A program made the position numbers and the translations under genes. Of a stretch of DNA of 64,000 bases, positions 1 through 13,200 are shown piece by piece (position 1 is the stretch's first letter; the number at the start of each line of letters is the position of its first letter). The notes beneath the pieces are model-generated. The model ran no database searches. It saw only the letters and a program-made list of their open reading frames with translations, and was not told the DNA's origin. The DNA comes from Trichoplax adhaerens (Eukaryota; Animalia; Placozoa). The stretch is from positions 67,626 to 131,625 of the forward strand of contig NW_002060976.1 of the NCBI RefSeq assembly GCF_000150275.1, in the 5' to 3' direction.

Positions 1-124
1 CGTGCTCTAGAGACCATTAAGACTCTCTAAGGGTCTCCAATGTGCTCTGGTTCTGATTAGTAAAGTACAGTCATTAATGATTGAATTTTAGTCTTAAAAG
101 CTATTAAAGCAATGACTGTAATTA

Positions 125-630
125 CCAAATAGTAATTCTATTTGTTTGGCAGAGAGTAAAATTAATTTGAAAGTTTCCTACTTTGGTAAAAAGCAGACGA
201 GAAAATATTGCAACATTCTTTTTGGTACCTACAGTCTTTACTACAAAAACTTTTCAGATCCAAATTTATCCAAATTTGCATACTGTTCATTTGGCTGACA
301 ATAAAATTAATTAACTTGAAAGCTGTCTACTTTGCGAGAAAACATTGCGCTATTCATTATTGGTAATTACACTGATTATTACAATCCCTTTTCAGAGCAA
401 ACTTTATCCAAATCGGCATATTATTCATTTGGTTGAGAATAACAGTAACTTGAAAGCTGTCTACTTGGCAGGAAAATATTGCGCTATTCTTTCTAGCTAT
501 GGTGATTTATTACAATCACTTTTCAGACCAAAATTTATCCAAATTGGAATACTATTCCTTTGGCTGAGGATGAAATTAACTGGAAGGTTGTCTACTTTGG
601 TAAAAAGCAGAAGATAAAACATAGCGCTAT
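125..630 (+). repeat. Degenerate tandem repeat, about 130-140 bp x ~4; probably a decayed leucine-rich-repeat gene
   Basis: The block TTTTCAGA...TTTATCCAAAT...TTTGG(C/T)TGA...TG(A/G)AAG(C/G)T(T)GTCTACTT recurs near 251, 389 and 520, with a partial copy at ~125-185. Frame fragments such as YPNLHTVHLADNKIN*L fit LxxLxLxxNxL, with stops and frameshifts. Confidence 0.55.
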
Positions 631-2621
631 GCTTAAAGAAGAATAAACAGGAAGGTGTTAACTCCAGTTGAATCTATCACTGTCAAATCTAATTCTAAAT
701 TAGGGGTATTACCAAGTGTCGTTGAGAGATTGCTTGGTTTTACAGTAAGTTTTTATTAGCACACTATACAACTATCTTTTATTTAGATTTTCTGCTAGAA
801 ATTATCGCTATGTAACAATATCATGGATTAGGAATGCTTAGTTTTATAAGAAATAATTATTGATAAGGTTATGTTGAGTAAGGCTTCTTGATTTTAAACA
901 AATGTATTAGAGTCAAGTAGAAATCATAATTAGCTAGTGAACGATAAAAAAAAACTAGATCATTCTTTTATAAACCAAAATATTTGTACTGTAGTCGGCT
1001 GGAATTGCATTTTAAGAATTATGGTAGATGGTTATCATGTACAAGCATTCTAGCAAATTTAATGATAGACACAAGCGTAGTTGCAGTGAAGCTAATTATA
1101 CGCTTTTGCAACACTTCTGAAATCGATGGATTACTTTCCTTACTTCATCAAACTTGATGAACCTTGTTTTAACGCTACTCGTACATTGTAACATAACCCA
1201 AAGTGATCCACATTAGCATTTTATTCAAACTAAAACCTAGACACAAAGTGTAGAGATGCATCTCATATTGGATTACATTGATAGCTATATTTGATATCAT
1301 TCGATTTCAAAGATTTGATACTCGTATTATTAGCCAGTTTGCTATCGCATGATAATAGATCGATGCGACTTGATATCCTGTCATTGTGAAGACACCGGAT
1401 ACCTTCAAATGATGATGTTGGACATAATAGAAGATTAACGATATGTTTTTAGGTAGATTGAATTATACCGTAAAACATAGTGATGGTCTATTTAAGCAAG
1501 CATCTTCTGTTTCATAACTTAAGTTTGATATTAGGCAACTTAGTTACAGTAAATAGATTAAACGAATTGTACAAGAACTGATGAGATGAGCTTAGAGGAT
1601 ATTAAAATTCACTTCTTTTGATCTCAGGATACATTAGATTAGGCTCTTCCCCTGATTCATTTTTTGCCCTACTATCCTTAAAGTCAGCTGAAAAAGCCTT
1701 TTTTTTCTAAATTCTATCAGCTAGAGACAATTACTATGTGTGATAATTAGATTTAGATTGGATATACTTTTATAACAATGAATCCATTTTTAGACAATTG
1801 TTGCCTTTCTATTAAATAAGCAATCAAGCCATTAACGATAATGCTTTAGCGATCAATCCTTGGACCAAGGATTATTTCAAAGGTTAAGGATAACTAAAAC
1901 CAAGGACGAACGCTAGTTTGATCTACGTACAATCAGTACTGTACTATGCAATCGCGATATTTCTGTCCTTAACTACGTAACCAATATCGTCGACGACTTC
2001 AACTTAAAATGAAAGATGAATGCTAGTGAATGTTTGATAGTATATTAAGAGGAAATATCGCCAAAACATCAGTTTAATAATATAAACTATGCATGATAAC
2101 ATAAATAAGTATGATGGTAACGTAACGTAAGAGTTGCTCCAATTTTAAACGCAGGCAGCCTTCCCTTGAAGCAATCCGTGACAATTAGCAATCAACTTAG
2201 GGACTTGTCTAATCAAAACCAAAAGCAAAATATCATTTTAAAGCTTCAAGACAGTATAAAACTAAGCCCCAATGGACGATTTATTCTCTCATTTATTGCG
2301 GTAATAGATTGTATGTTAATCATTTGTCACGTAACAGTGCAATATAGATTATTGATTCCGGCTTTGTGACGATTAATTTATTGATTTGATAGATTAGATC
2401 TTGTCTTGCTCTTATTCTTCCTACTAGGCACGTGATTTTTTTTCACGCTATGGTTCAAATGGCGCTATAAGGCAATGATTGTTGTTTAATTGTCTTGTAA
2501 ATTAGAATTGGGCTCATTGAGTTGGCAAAAAGGACGACTGGATCCGACTACAAATAAAAATTATTTGTCAACAATTTTCATAGCACTTTCTTGCCTCATC
2601 TTACAGGAGGGCCTGAAAGCG

Positions 2622-5492
2622 ATGTTTAAAAGTAAACATTTACCGACAACTTCATCCAATTCATCCCGTGGTGGTATTTCTACAGCAATGGAGCAAAGGG
2701 ATGAAAATGATGAAATGGAGGAATCAACCATGTACCGCTATGGGCTGGGTCCATTTCAACCTCAATGCCTTCAAATTCTTAATCATCGATGGTGGCTAAT
2801 TACAGTCATTTGCTTGTATATCATCTTTGCCGGAATGCTAATGACTGGATTTTCTGCGGTAACAGTAACATCATTAGAGAAACGCTATGAGTTGAGAAGC
2901 ACTGAAACAGGAGCGCTGCCTTCCGCTGGCGAAATTGCCAGCGCCATCATTGGTATATTAGCAAGTTATTTCGCTGGTCGACATCATAAAGGAAGATATT
3001 TAAGTGTAGGTGCGATCGTTTTGGCGTTAGGGGCTTTGATGTATTCATTGCCTCATTTCGTCACGGATCCATACACCGTGGTCAGTTCTTCCACCAATTA
3101 TAGCGATTTATGTCTAGAAACGCAATCCACACCATCCAATCTATGCGATAAAGAATTTCATCATGGCGGACAATCAAACATTCGCTATTTCTTTTACATG
3201 TTTCTAGTAGCACAATTACTGATGGGAGCAGGGAATAATTTAATCTGGAATGTTGGTACGGCTTATATCGATGAAAATGTTCATCCCGTTTCTTCGCCGT
3301 TATACATCGCCGTTACTTATACCGTTAGTGTTGTCGGACCTGCTGCGGGCTATATTTTAGGAGGAATCTTTTTAAATCGGTACATCAATTGGCCAGAAGC
3401 ACCACCACCAGGTACAGTTTCTTGCCTCATTGAATTGTTAAATGATCTGTTTAAGCCATCATTTATTTTATTACTTCATTATTAAGTTAAAAGACAATTT
3501 GTAATGATATTATGGGACTCTTTAAAATCCCTATTGCTATATCAAGGTTTAACACCATATGATGCACGCTGGATTGGTGCTTGGTGGCTTTGTTTTATCG
3601 TCTCTGCTGCTTCTTTAGGATTCATTGCTGTACCTCTTTTTGGATTTCCACGAAAATTGCCGGGATATGAAAAGCACAAGCGGCTTCGCGAAGAGATGGC
3701 CAATAGTAATGGCCATCGTGATTATGGCATTAACCTGAAAGATTTTATTAAAGCTAGCCAAGAATTATTTCGAAATAAAGCGTTTGTCTTCCTAACATGC
3801 GCTGGAATATTAGAGTATCTCGCTACTATAGGAATCAGTTGGTTTTTTCCTAAAATTTTAGAGACACAATTTCGTTTACCTTCTTATGTAGCTAGCTTTA
3901 CTGTAGGCCTCATCACTGTACCAGGAGGGTGCGTCGGTATGATTTTGGTAAGCTAGATCAATTGTAATACTCCCCATAGAGATGCTCGAAAGATGAAATT
4001 GAGTGTAGTTCATTCAGTTTCGATAGCCACAATTATTTCAAATTAATTCGTGCTATTTTCACTTTTCCTTAGGGTGGTATGCTTGTAAGAATTTTTAGAA
4101 TGAATGGTCGTAAAGCAGCTAAGTTGGCTTGTATTCTTGGTTTTGTTGATTGTGCTCTATCAGCAGTTTTCTTACTTGGCTGTGATAGTCTTCCATTTGC
4201 TGGAGTTAATGCTCCATATACTAGTCATTCATTAACATCGTAAGTAAAAACTTGACTCTATCTTATGATCTATATTTCAATTTTTGATATTAACTTGTGT
4301 TAATAGAGTTCTCTTGACCATAAATTAGGAATATTAGCTTCAATGAAGTCAATTTAACTGCGATTTGTAATTCAGGCTGTATGTGCAATAAGGTCGAGTA
4401 TAATGCTATTTGTGGATCAGATGGAAAAACTTATTACTCTCCTTGTCATGCTGGTTGCAAGACAAGTTATTTTGATGCGGAAAATTTAACCTATGTAAGA
4501 CTTACTTACATAGAATTCTAGACGTGCAATAGTCTGTTCTCTAATCAGTATTATTTTAATATTGCAAAAATTCATGAAATGGATATAAAATTTAAATTGC
4601 TCTTTAGTTTCGCATATGATTTTGCTAAATCAGGCTAGGTGTACGATAATTTCTATTTACGATATACGTACAGACTATTTCTCTTATCAGTGTCACTATC
4701 GTGCAATAATTTATTGCAAGGAAGCGGCATTAAAACTACTTTTTAGTTCACTTGTGAATGACTAAATCGGAATAGGTTTATAATTTTCTTAAGTGAAAGC
4801 TACTTATATCTGCTTCTTTTCACTCTATTAAAGGCTTATCGTAACTGTAGCTGTATCCCAAAGGCAAGCGATACCTATTCCAATTATGATGCTATTCAGG
4901 GATCGTGCACATCAAATTGCCAAGAATTTAAACCATTCGTTATAGGTATCAGCATTGCAATAGTTGCCGTTATGTCGAAAACTGTTCCCTCTACCGAAGC
5001 TTTACTACGGTATGTCAGGAAGACTGGAGTATACTTATATTATTCAATACTCTTGAAATGATTTGATAAAAAAAATAAGTGCGCACTGCGTCAAAGATAC
5101 AATTGATGTGGTAAATTAATAACATATTAATTGATGATAGATCTGTACCTGAAAATCAACGAGTTTATGCTTTGGGCGTCAGTTCAGCTATGATTCGTTT
5201 GGCTGGGAATTTACCCGGACCAATCTTAATTGGAGCATTTATCGATTATTCATGTTTACTCTGGGGCAACGAATGCGATTCCTCGTCGACTTGTTGGTTT
5301 TATGACAGTAGAAAGATGGGAATGTACCTTTATATATCCCTAATTATGATCAAGCTTCTGTCTACTTTCTTATTTATTCTAAGTTGGAGGTATTATAGAA
5401 AAGATCAAGGTCTTTCTTCTACAGGAAGTACCCATTTACTCGATTTTAGCCATAAGAGTGAAGATATCACTCGAGGTAAGGATGCCATTTAA
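2622..5492 (+). CDS. SLCO: Organic anion transporting polypeptide (SLCO/OATP), copy A; exons 2622-3411, 3547-3947, 4073-4239, 4329-4494, 4834-5009, 5141-5492
   Basis: OATP signature DARWIGAWW, SLEKRYELRSTETG, AYIDENV, Kazal-like CGSDGKTYYSPCHAGC and GPILIGAFIDYSCLLW. All introns are GT-AG and phase-consistent. Confidence 0.93.
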
Positions 5493-6764
5493 ATCTCGAA
5501 AGTATTAGACATTGAAATGCTGACTTCCATTGTCGAAAGCATAAAATACTTCTAAAGAGTTAAATTTTGACTTGATGTACCGTGCAATCATGAATACTTT
5601 TGATTGTGATATGACTGTAATTCGATTTTTATAACCGCATTTTCGCCGTATTGGATCATGGACTACCTTTAGTAGTCTAGAATTTGATTAGCGCTGGTTG
5701 GTACTGAATGAAATACTGTATTAAGATTTAAAATCTTAATTAACTTAATCATGAGCAATTTTGTCTTTCTTTCTTGCGTATCTCATCTACAATCGTATTG
5801 ACAATATTTTACTTGCTACATACTTTGCAATTATAATTTATTCCATCTGTCTTTTATAAAGCTGATGCCCAGCAATAGAAGGTTTCATTGATAGGCCTTG
5901 AGAGTGGCCGCTTTTCAATCATGATAAAATTAATGTCCATTATTCCTTAGCTAATGGATATGCTACCGGAGTAGCTAAGTTGTTATACTTTAAAACTTTC
6001 TCTCAATATTGACTCGTAAAATTTTGCTTGAAAAATTTAATAAAATGGAATCCGTTCATACTCCATTTCGGATTGTGATTGCAATATCGACGCAAAATAG
6101 ATCCTATCCATAAGTAATTATATAATAATAATTATCCTAACGTATGGTATATTATTCATTTCAGAAATCTTAAATTAACGATAACAGCTAGCTTAGCGAT
6201 GTTTAATTCATTTTTTTTTTATATTAAGATTGATCTAACTGTTGCCCTTACCCATAGATATTATCGACTTTATGGGTAGTTTAATAAGAGGTTATATTTT
6301 ACATAGTTTATAATTCCTGTGTTAGTAATTGTGAAGGTCATTGATTACAGTCTACTTTATACGCGTACGCGTGTGCGTGGTTGATCTAGCTGAATTTTTA
6401 GGGTTCTAACAATGTATCAAGTAGCTCAGTAGGGCTAGTAGCAACTACTGGAACTATCCAACAAGATCCATGAACTAACCGTAGTTTTTTAATTACTTTA
6501 TGAAGCTGCGTCGTTGATACAGACTTCATTTCAGACCATACATTCCAGGGTTAGCGTTCAGATATGGATTGATCGTACTAAAATTAGATTTTACCCTAGA
6601 ATGTGCTATATGCCATCTTGTTGTTTCGTCCATTTCATTTTATCCAGATAGATTTGAGTGCTTGATGAATTTCAACCTCTTTAATCCTTTATTCAGTATA
6701 GACGCAAATTTACACAAATGCTTAAGATCGTCCGATTCATTAACTCGATACAAGTGGTAGCGTT

Positions 6765-7245
6765 TATCTTGATTGTTAATATAATAAAATTGGAGGGCTG
6801 AAGAGTCTACTTTGGAAATGATCAAGCAGCTCCATATAAGTACTAGCGCCTATCTTGATTGTTGATATAATAAAATTGGAGGGCTGAAGAGTCTACTTTG
6901 GAAATGATCAAGCAGCTCCATATAAGTACTAGCGCCTATCTTGATTGTTAATATAATAAAATTGGAGGGCTGAAGAGTCTACTTTGGAAATGATCAAGCA
7001 GCTCCATATAAGTACTAGCGCCTATCTTGACAGTTAATAGGATGAAATTGGAGACCTAAGCAGCTGCATCCAAACAGTAGCGCCATTTCGATAGAATGAA
7101 ATTGAAGACCTGAAGGACCTGTTTTGGATATGATCAAGCAGCTCCGTACCAGTACCCGTACCAGTAGTAGCGCCAATCTTGATAAAGTGAAATTGGGACC
7201 TTCAGAGTCTGCTGTTCAATTGATCAAGCAACTCCATGCAAGCAC
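6765..7245. repeat. 86-bp tandem repeat: three near-perfect copies followed by degenerate copies
   Basis: The unit TATCTTGATTGTTAATATAATAAAATTGGAGGGCTGAAGAGTCTACTTTGGAAATGATCAAGCAGCTCCATATAAGTACTAGCGCC starts at 6765, 6851 and 6937. A diverged fourth starts at 7023 and remnants continue to ~7245. Confidence 0.95.
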
Positions 7246-10227
7246 TTAAACTTAGATATTACCTGACTAATACCTATACTGTCATCCTAAAATGGAACAC
7301 ATTTTCTATATATCTAAAGTCAGAAGGATACTATTTCGAATTGATCCCTGACTACGAACCAGCGACTCGCCGTCACTTTTTATTGACCTAAAATAGTATG
7401 TTACTGTTGTACAGTATATTCTCCGTAGCTCATCTGAGCGCAGGCCAAATTACATGCGTACTTGCCCTAGTACAAGCCTTCCAAAAAACTTTTATTTCTT
7501 GTCAACAATCAAAAGTTGACCAAGATTTCGAGCTTGGAATGAAATTTTACCGTTGCCTTTTAATGCTCTGATTACCTCAAATCACTCCCTTCCAAGCTAT
7601 TCTGCTCACTTGATCTACCGAGATCAGATCCACGCGCCAACTGGAATCATTTTAGCGACGTCCAGAAGGCAGGGCCAGTGATGCTCATGCATAGGTACAG
7701 TGTCAAATGCAGGTAACTTTATGGAATTTGGCCCTAGCCTTTTATGCATGGATACCTCCAGCTCTGATTAACGTGGATATCCGATCCCAACCATATGAAA
7801 TGACTTTTGCCTCTAGATCCATGACCCTAACCATGCATCTAGAGGCAAAATACTTCCAATTGTAGGGCCAGATATCCATTTTGATCCAATACCTGCAATT
7901 GCTCCTTTCAAAAGTTATTTTGGCAACGTTATCCCACGACTATCATTCCACAGTCACGGTGATAATTGGCGTAGCACCAGCAACGCTTAAACAGAGGTTC
8001 CTTCTGTCGAGAACCCATAGCAGAATAGAGAAATTTACAGATACCAAAGACTGCTAAAGAGAAATCATCGACTTTTGAGGTATCTAGCAGTCCAAGACGA
8101 TACGAAACTGACAGTAAAAATAAATAATAAGGGGAAAATCAACTTCAAGTGTCTTTAACACAAGGTATGCCAAGGTGTTTGAAACAGTACCCTACAGTAG
8201 ACTAATGGTTGTATCATAGTAATCAGTCAATCACTTCGGTAGGAGGAAAGTGTGGAACAAAACTTTTTACAGTATCACAGTACAGTACGTACTGTACTTT
8301 TGGTACTACTTGTACTGTACACTGTACAGTACAGTACAAGTGTACAGGACTCAATACAGTATAGTATACGCTACAGTACAGTATAGGGGTATTGCTTTGA
8401 TTCTAGTACTAAAGCATACCAAAAACCAACCGGTCCGGTAGGCTCATTCACTCCAACGTTGCCATAGACATTGACGAAGGATTTTCGCCATTTTGGCTAC
8501 CTTGGACAAATTATTGACTGCAAGGCCATTTTACTCACTAATTAAAGCGTTGAATTTCACCTACTGTCGCCAAGATTGGCTGCCAACGCTTGAAATTGTA
8601 TCATGACGACAAAGTAATGGTACTATTGGATCTAGGGTGATACGTGCTATCTTGCAATCGTCTGTTTCTTATTGTTGATGGACATAAACCTAATCGAAAC
8701 GGATGTTCAATTAACTCGGGATTATCGTGCAAGTCCAAGGCATAGAATCGACGTAGTGGCCAATTTTGCTGGTTTTATCTCGCCTTAGTCAATGAGAGAA
8801 GGCAGTGACGACGATGGCAAACGTCAGCTGGAAAAGGAAAGAATGTACGGTAAGGAAGCCATAGATCCTAGTCGATGATGAGACTTTGCCGATGATCATC
8901 TTGGAGAGGAAAGAGGGAATACCTCAACCCTCTCAGCTTAATTATTATACTACAGTTTTATTCAGCGATAATTACACTAAATAGGTATCAATTCGGTGAA
9001 ATGATCACTTCGATCCATGCTAGTATATCTTGAACTTCTACATTGCAAAAGGACTTACTAGCGATGATGCACTTCAATTCACAAATGAGTATATCCAATT
9101 GAGATTGGATTTTAGTTTATTGACAGTGCCCACAAATAATGGCAAAATCCGGCATACATAAGTGATTTTGCTATTGTGTCTGTTGTACTGTGTCCTATCC
9201 TTAACGACTAGTGAACTCAATAATGACTGCCAAATCAATCAGTTGCACCAATGATTGAGAAAGTCAATAAAATATTCAACTTACTGATAATGGAAGTACT
9301 TAGGTATGAATAAACCTGTATCTAGGCGAGAGAGTGTTTGAAATCATGACTCACAGTACATCATGCCTTGGATGACATTCAACTCCATGGCAAAGCAGTC
9401 AGTCGTAATGGTCAGACTAAATCCGATAAAGAATAAGACCATTGATTTGATTTTAATTCAAATTTCACTTCTCTCTGCCTATTTCCAAATATTTTACCTT
9501 CACCTAACATCATAAATCATAATAGTTCTAATTAATAGAGTGCTTGCCCCGGATGACTGCACGACAAGTTAATTACGTAGATCGTCATTCTTGACTTTGT
9601 CTTATTATAATTACAATTTCAATACCATTATATAATACCGACCGAGTCATCTATAATTAATAAAAGGAATGGGCTTCATTAAATGAAGGCTATAAAGAAT
9701 ACCCTAGCATCGGTCTTCTTTGCTTTTCGGCTATAGTACTGTAGGCCTGTATAATTAGATTCAATTCCACAACTACTGTAGTTTGGCGTAACTCAAATGC
9801 ATTAATTAGATTGATGTTACTGTGCATTTATTGTTGGAAGTACATCTTAAAGAGTTTAAATAAGAGTATGAAATGCATGATATTAACTAATTCTCAAATA
9901 CCATCTGTAATGCCTAATTCTTCATCCTTTGATGGAGTAGTTATTTTAATCATCTTATAACGCGAATGGTGTAGAAGGTATGACTCATATATTCATATAC
10001 GTTAGACTCTATATCCTGACTTAGCAAAAGGAATGTTGTGCATGCAACTAGAAGACCTGGAGACATTGTTAAACATTCCACGATCTGCTTTCAATAAATA
10101 GAGTATTCAATCAAACAAAATAATTAAAAAATCGTCATGCACTTTTTTGTGCCTACAGATTTTGTTATAGAGTATTAAAATCAAGTGGATAATGTTTATT
10201 TCATTTTTACCATTTCTTATCTACAAG

Positions 10228-13200
10228 GATAAAGAAGATGTACATCTAATAAATATCGACAAGTTTATCAAGGAAAAGGTAAGAATCTGTCTGATTGACC
10301 AAATTGTTCGGTTTTTGTATTAATGACTAGCAAGTCAATTTTCATGACATAACATGTGTCGTGAATTGACCTACTTGTGCTCAATAACATCTAGATAGAT
10401 ACACTTAGATTAACAATTTTAAGTTCCGCTCATAAATATGAGACTGATAATATTTTATTCCTTAGTGCCTAGTTGAAATATAAAAGTTACATTGCATTCT
10501 TTTTTCTGTTATTTTAGAATAAGGTGTATAGGGGCTTAGATAGCCGTACCGCATTTGAAAAGCTTTATAATGAATTACAGCTACAATGCAAATTGTATAT
10601 AACAAAGTTGGATTCCCAAAGCTGGCGCAGTTTAATCTTAAGTCTGAGTAGAAATCGACATTCATCTTTGTCGATAATATCTGTTGGACTTCTTATCGTT
10701 GCCATTTGCATGCTCGTCTTAGCGTCTATATTCAGTAGTACTGTGTAAGTACTGAATAGCTTGTTAACTGTGAACGCGATAACGCCATAACATAACTGTA
10801 AGATGTTTGTGTTAGACGGATAAATTGTAAATGCCCACTAGTAAATGTTCATGAATACAGTTCCTTTCTTCAAAATTTTTCAAATGTCAATGAATATACT
10901 TCTCTTATTGATCGCAAATGTAGCCTATGCAGGAATGAGATTAGTTTCAAACTCATTTAAACTTTCTGTTTGTATATTGCAGGAACCATGTCGTAGAAAT
11001 ACTTATTTTGACCATGTTTGGTGTTGTCAATGTTTATATTGCTATTAAAGAGGAAAAATTACGAAGAACTGAAAGAGCTCGGCGCATGCTAGATATTCTT
11101 AGCGAAAACTTCGGTATTTTACCCCACTACAAAAAATACTACAAATTAGTTTACTGTATCCAAATTAGAGAACGGCTTGATTATACGAAAATGCATTTCC
11201 CAACACTTTTACTTTCGATGCATATTAAGTTACTGACTTAACAAGCCTGCAATATCATACTTATTTAGGGCGTTAAAGTAGTGTTCATTACATAAAAGAT
11301 ATAAGCCTTCAACTTAACATTGTTAATTGGAATTTGTTGTATGCGCTATAAACCAAACGATGCTATTGGTTTCTAGTTTAGTCGTATTTGTGTCAATGTA
11401 TCTTATTATTGTGTCTACCCGTAGTAAAACGTTTGTCATTGCTATTTGTTAGGTGACGAGGGCAAATCATTCCGTGGAGACATCTCATATATCAGTAAAG
11501 ACCGCCCTATTAATCATTCATTCAAAATGGTTTGGGCTTATCGTGATGGAAATATTGTTAATTTACCCCAAAATTTGCTCGTAGAAGAGGACGTAATCTT
11601 ATTGGCGCCTGGACAAACAGCCCCAATCAAAGTTTGTAAGGTATTTAAACACGATCCATTCTTACATGTTGTATACTTACTTTATCATGAATCGAAATGA
11701 TTTTAAAAAATCAGCCATTCAAAAATTTTCCTAGCTTGATTCATCCTGGAAGAAATCTGCATGTGTTCTCGATGCAGACCAAACGTTTACTTTATTGGAA
11801 AATGCACCTGATATAGGTGGTGAATGTCTAGACTTTCGTGGAAATTTCCTAGTTCTGGAATCATTTCTTGCAAATCTCTCAAGGTAAATAGCACTATGAG
11901 CTCAACAGGACTAATGCAAGTACATTTTATTCCTTTAATTTTATTAATACTGCTATTATATTATACCCATGTGGCCATTAGAGATGAATTGCTTGATGTC
12001 GACAAGAAACCTGTTTCTCCCGTGGAAAATGGTCAATATTGGATTATACAAGAAGCTATGTTTAAATATATTGTACCTCTACTGTCGGTAATGAGATAGC
12101 TTATGTTTTTTGCAGTTGTCAATATCCTGTTGAGCACCGTTATTGATTGAAACTCTGTAATCCATAGTGCGCTTCAATATTATGCAATGCTCTAAGATTG
12201 ATCTTAATTCCTGATGATGTCGGTCCGTGGTGGCATGTAATGTTAACATTGCAGGTGACAAAATGGAATCAATGTGATAGATGATCATGCTAATTAAGCA
12301 TTCTCGCTATACTGCGTCTGACTAGAATGCATGCAATAATGTGAAGAAATGACTTGTAACTTCGTTGTAGGTGTACGTAATCATACCATACTTGCCATTA
12401 TTTTATCCCATCTTTTGGACTGTGGGTAATATATACGGCGTTGCTAAAGTATTGAATACATTAAACAATCCGGAGGATGTAGAGGTAAGAGAACATTTGT
12501 TAAATGTTGTTAGAAGAGTATGCACCTATTAAGAGTAATCGGTATATTTTTATTAATTTGCTGTTTACAGTGGAAAGTGGTATTTCGTACGTTTTGGGAA
12601 ATAGTTCAAGGATCGAGTCAATTTCTGCCTAGATCATGCAATATTGTTCATCTCTTGGGAAGAGTCACAGTTAGTAAAAAAATGCATCAAGTTGTAATAG
12701 CTGTTCACACCAGTTTTCTGTATAAATCACTAGTATTAACTTTCTGATATTCTATTTTAGTCCTTCTGTTGCATGGATCAACAGTCGCTTTTATCACCTC
12801 CCAATCCTTCTGTTAGTAAAGTTGTATTTCCTGATCCTGACAACGACCGTCAAATAGAAGAGCGAATTTCAGTTAATACTTTCAATTCAGGTTAGAATTG
12901 GAATTATTTGATCTTAAACTTAATTTCTTTGTGAAGTGCAAACTTACACAAACTACCGTAATTCTTTAGATGGAAGTAAAGTTTCTTCACAATATTCGGA
13001 ATCGGCTACAAATGAAAACCCAGATATCGAAATGAAAGGTTACAAAGTTTAAATTGATATTTCCTTTAACTAGTAACTAATTTTGGGATTAATTTCTCCT
13101 TTTATACTATTCTAGATGCCAATGTTATAAGTCATGTAAAAGTGCTAGATTTATCCATAGATTCACAGGTACGAGTCTAGTTACCCTTGCATACTCAATG

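Noticed and set aside
6765-7030. CRISPR-like regular repeat
   Set aside because: Units are contiguous 86-bp copies with no unique spacers; the context is eukaryotic and has no cas genes.
8792-8849. MREGSDDDGKRQLEKERMY exon as the TMEM94 start
   Set aside because: I could not splice it in phase to the 10228 exon without hitting stops; it may be a uORF or 5'UTR exon.
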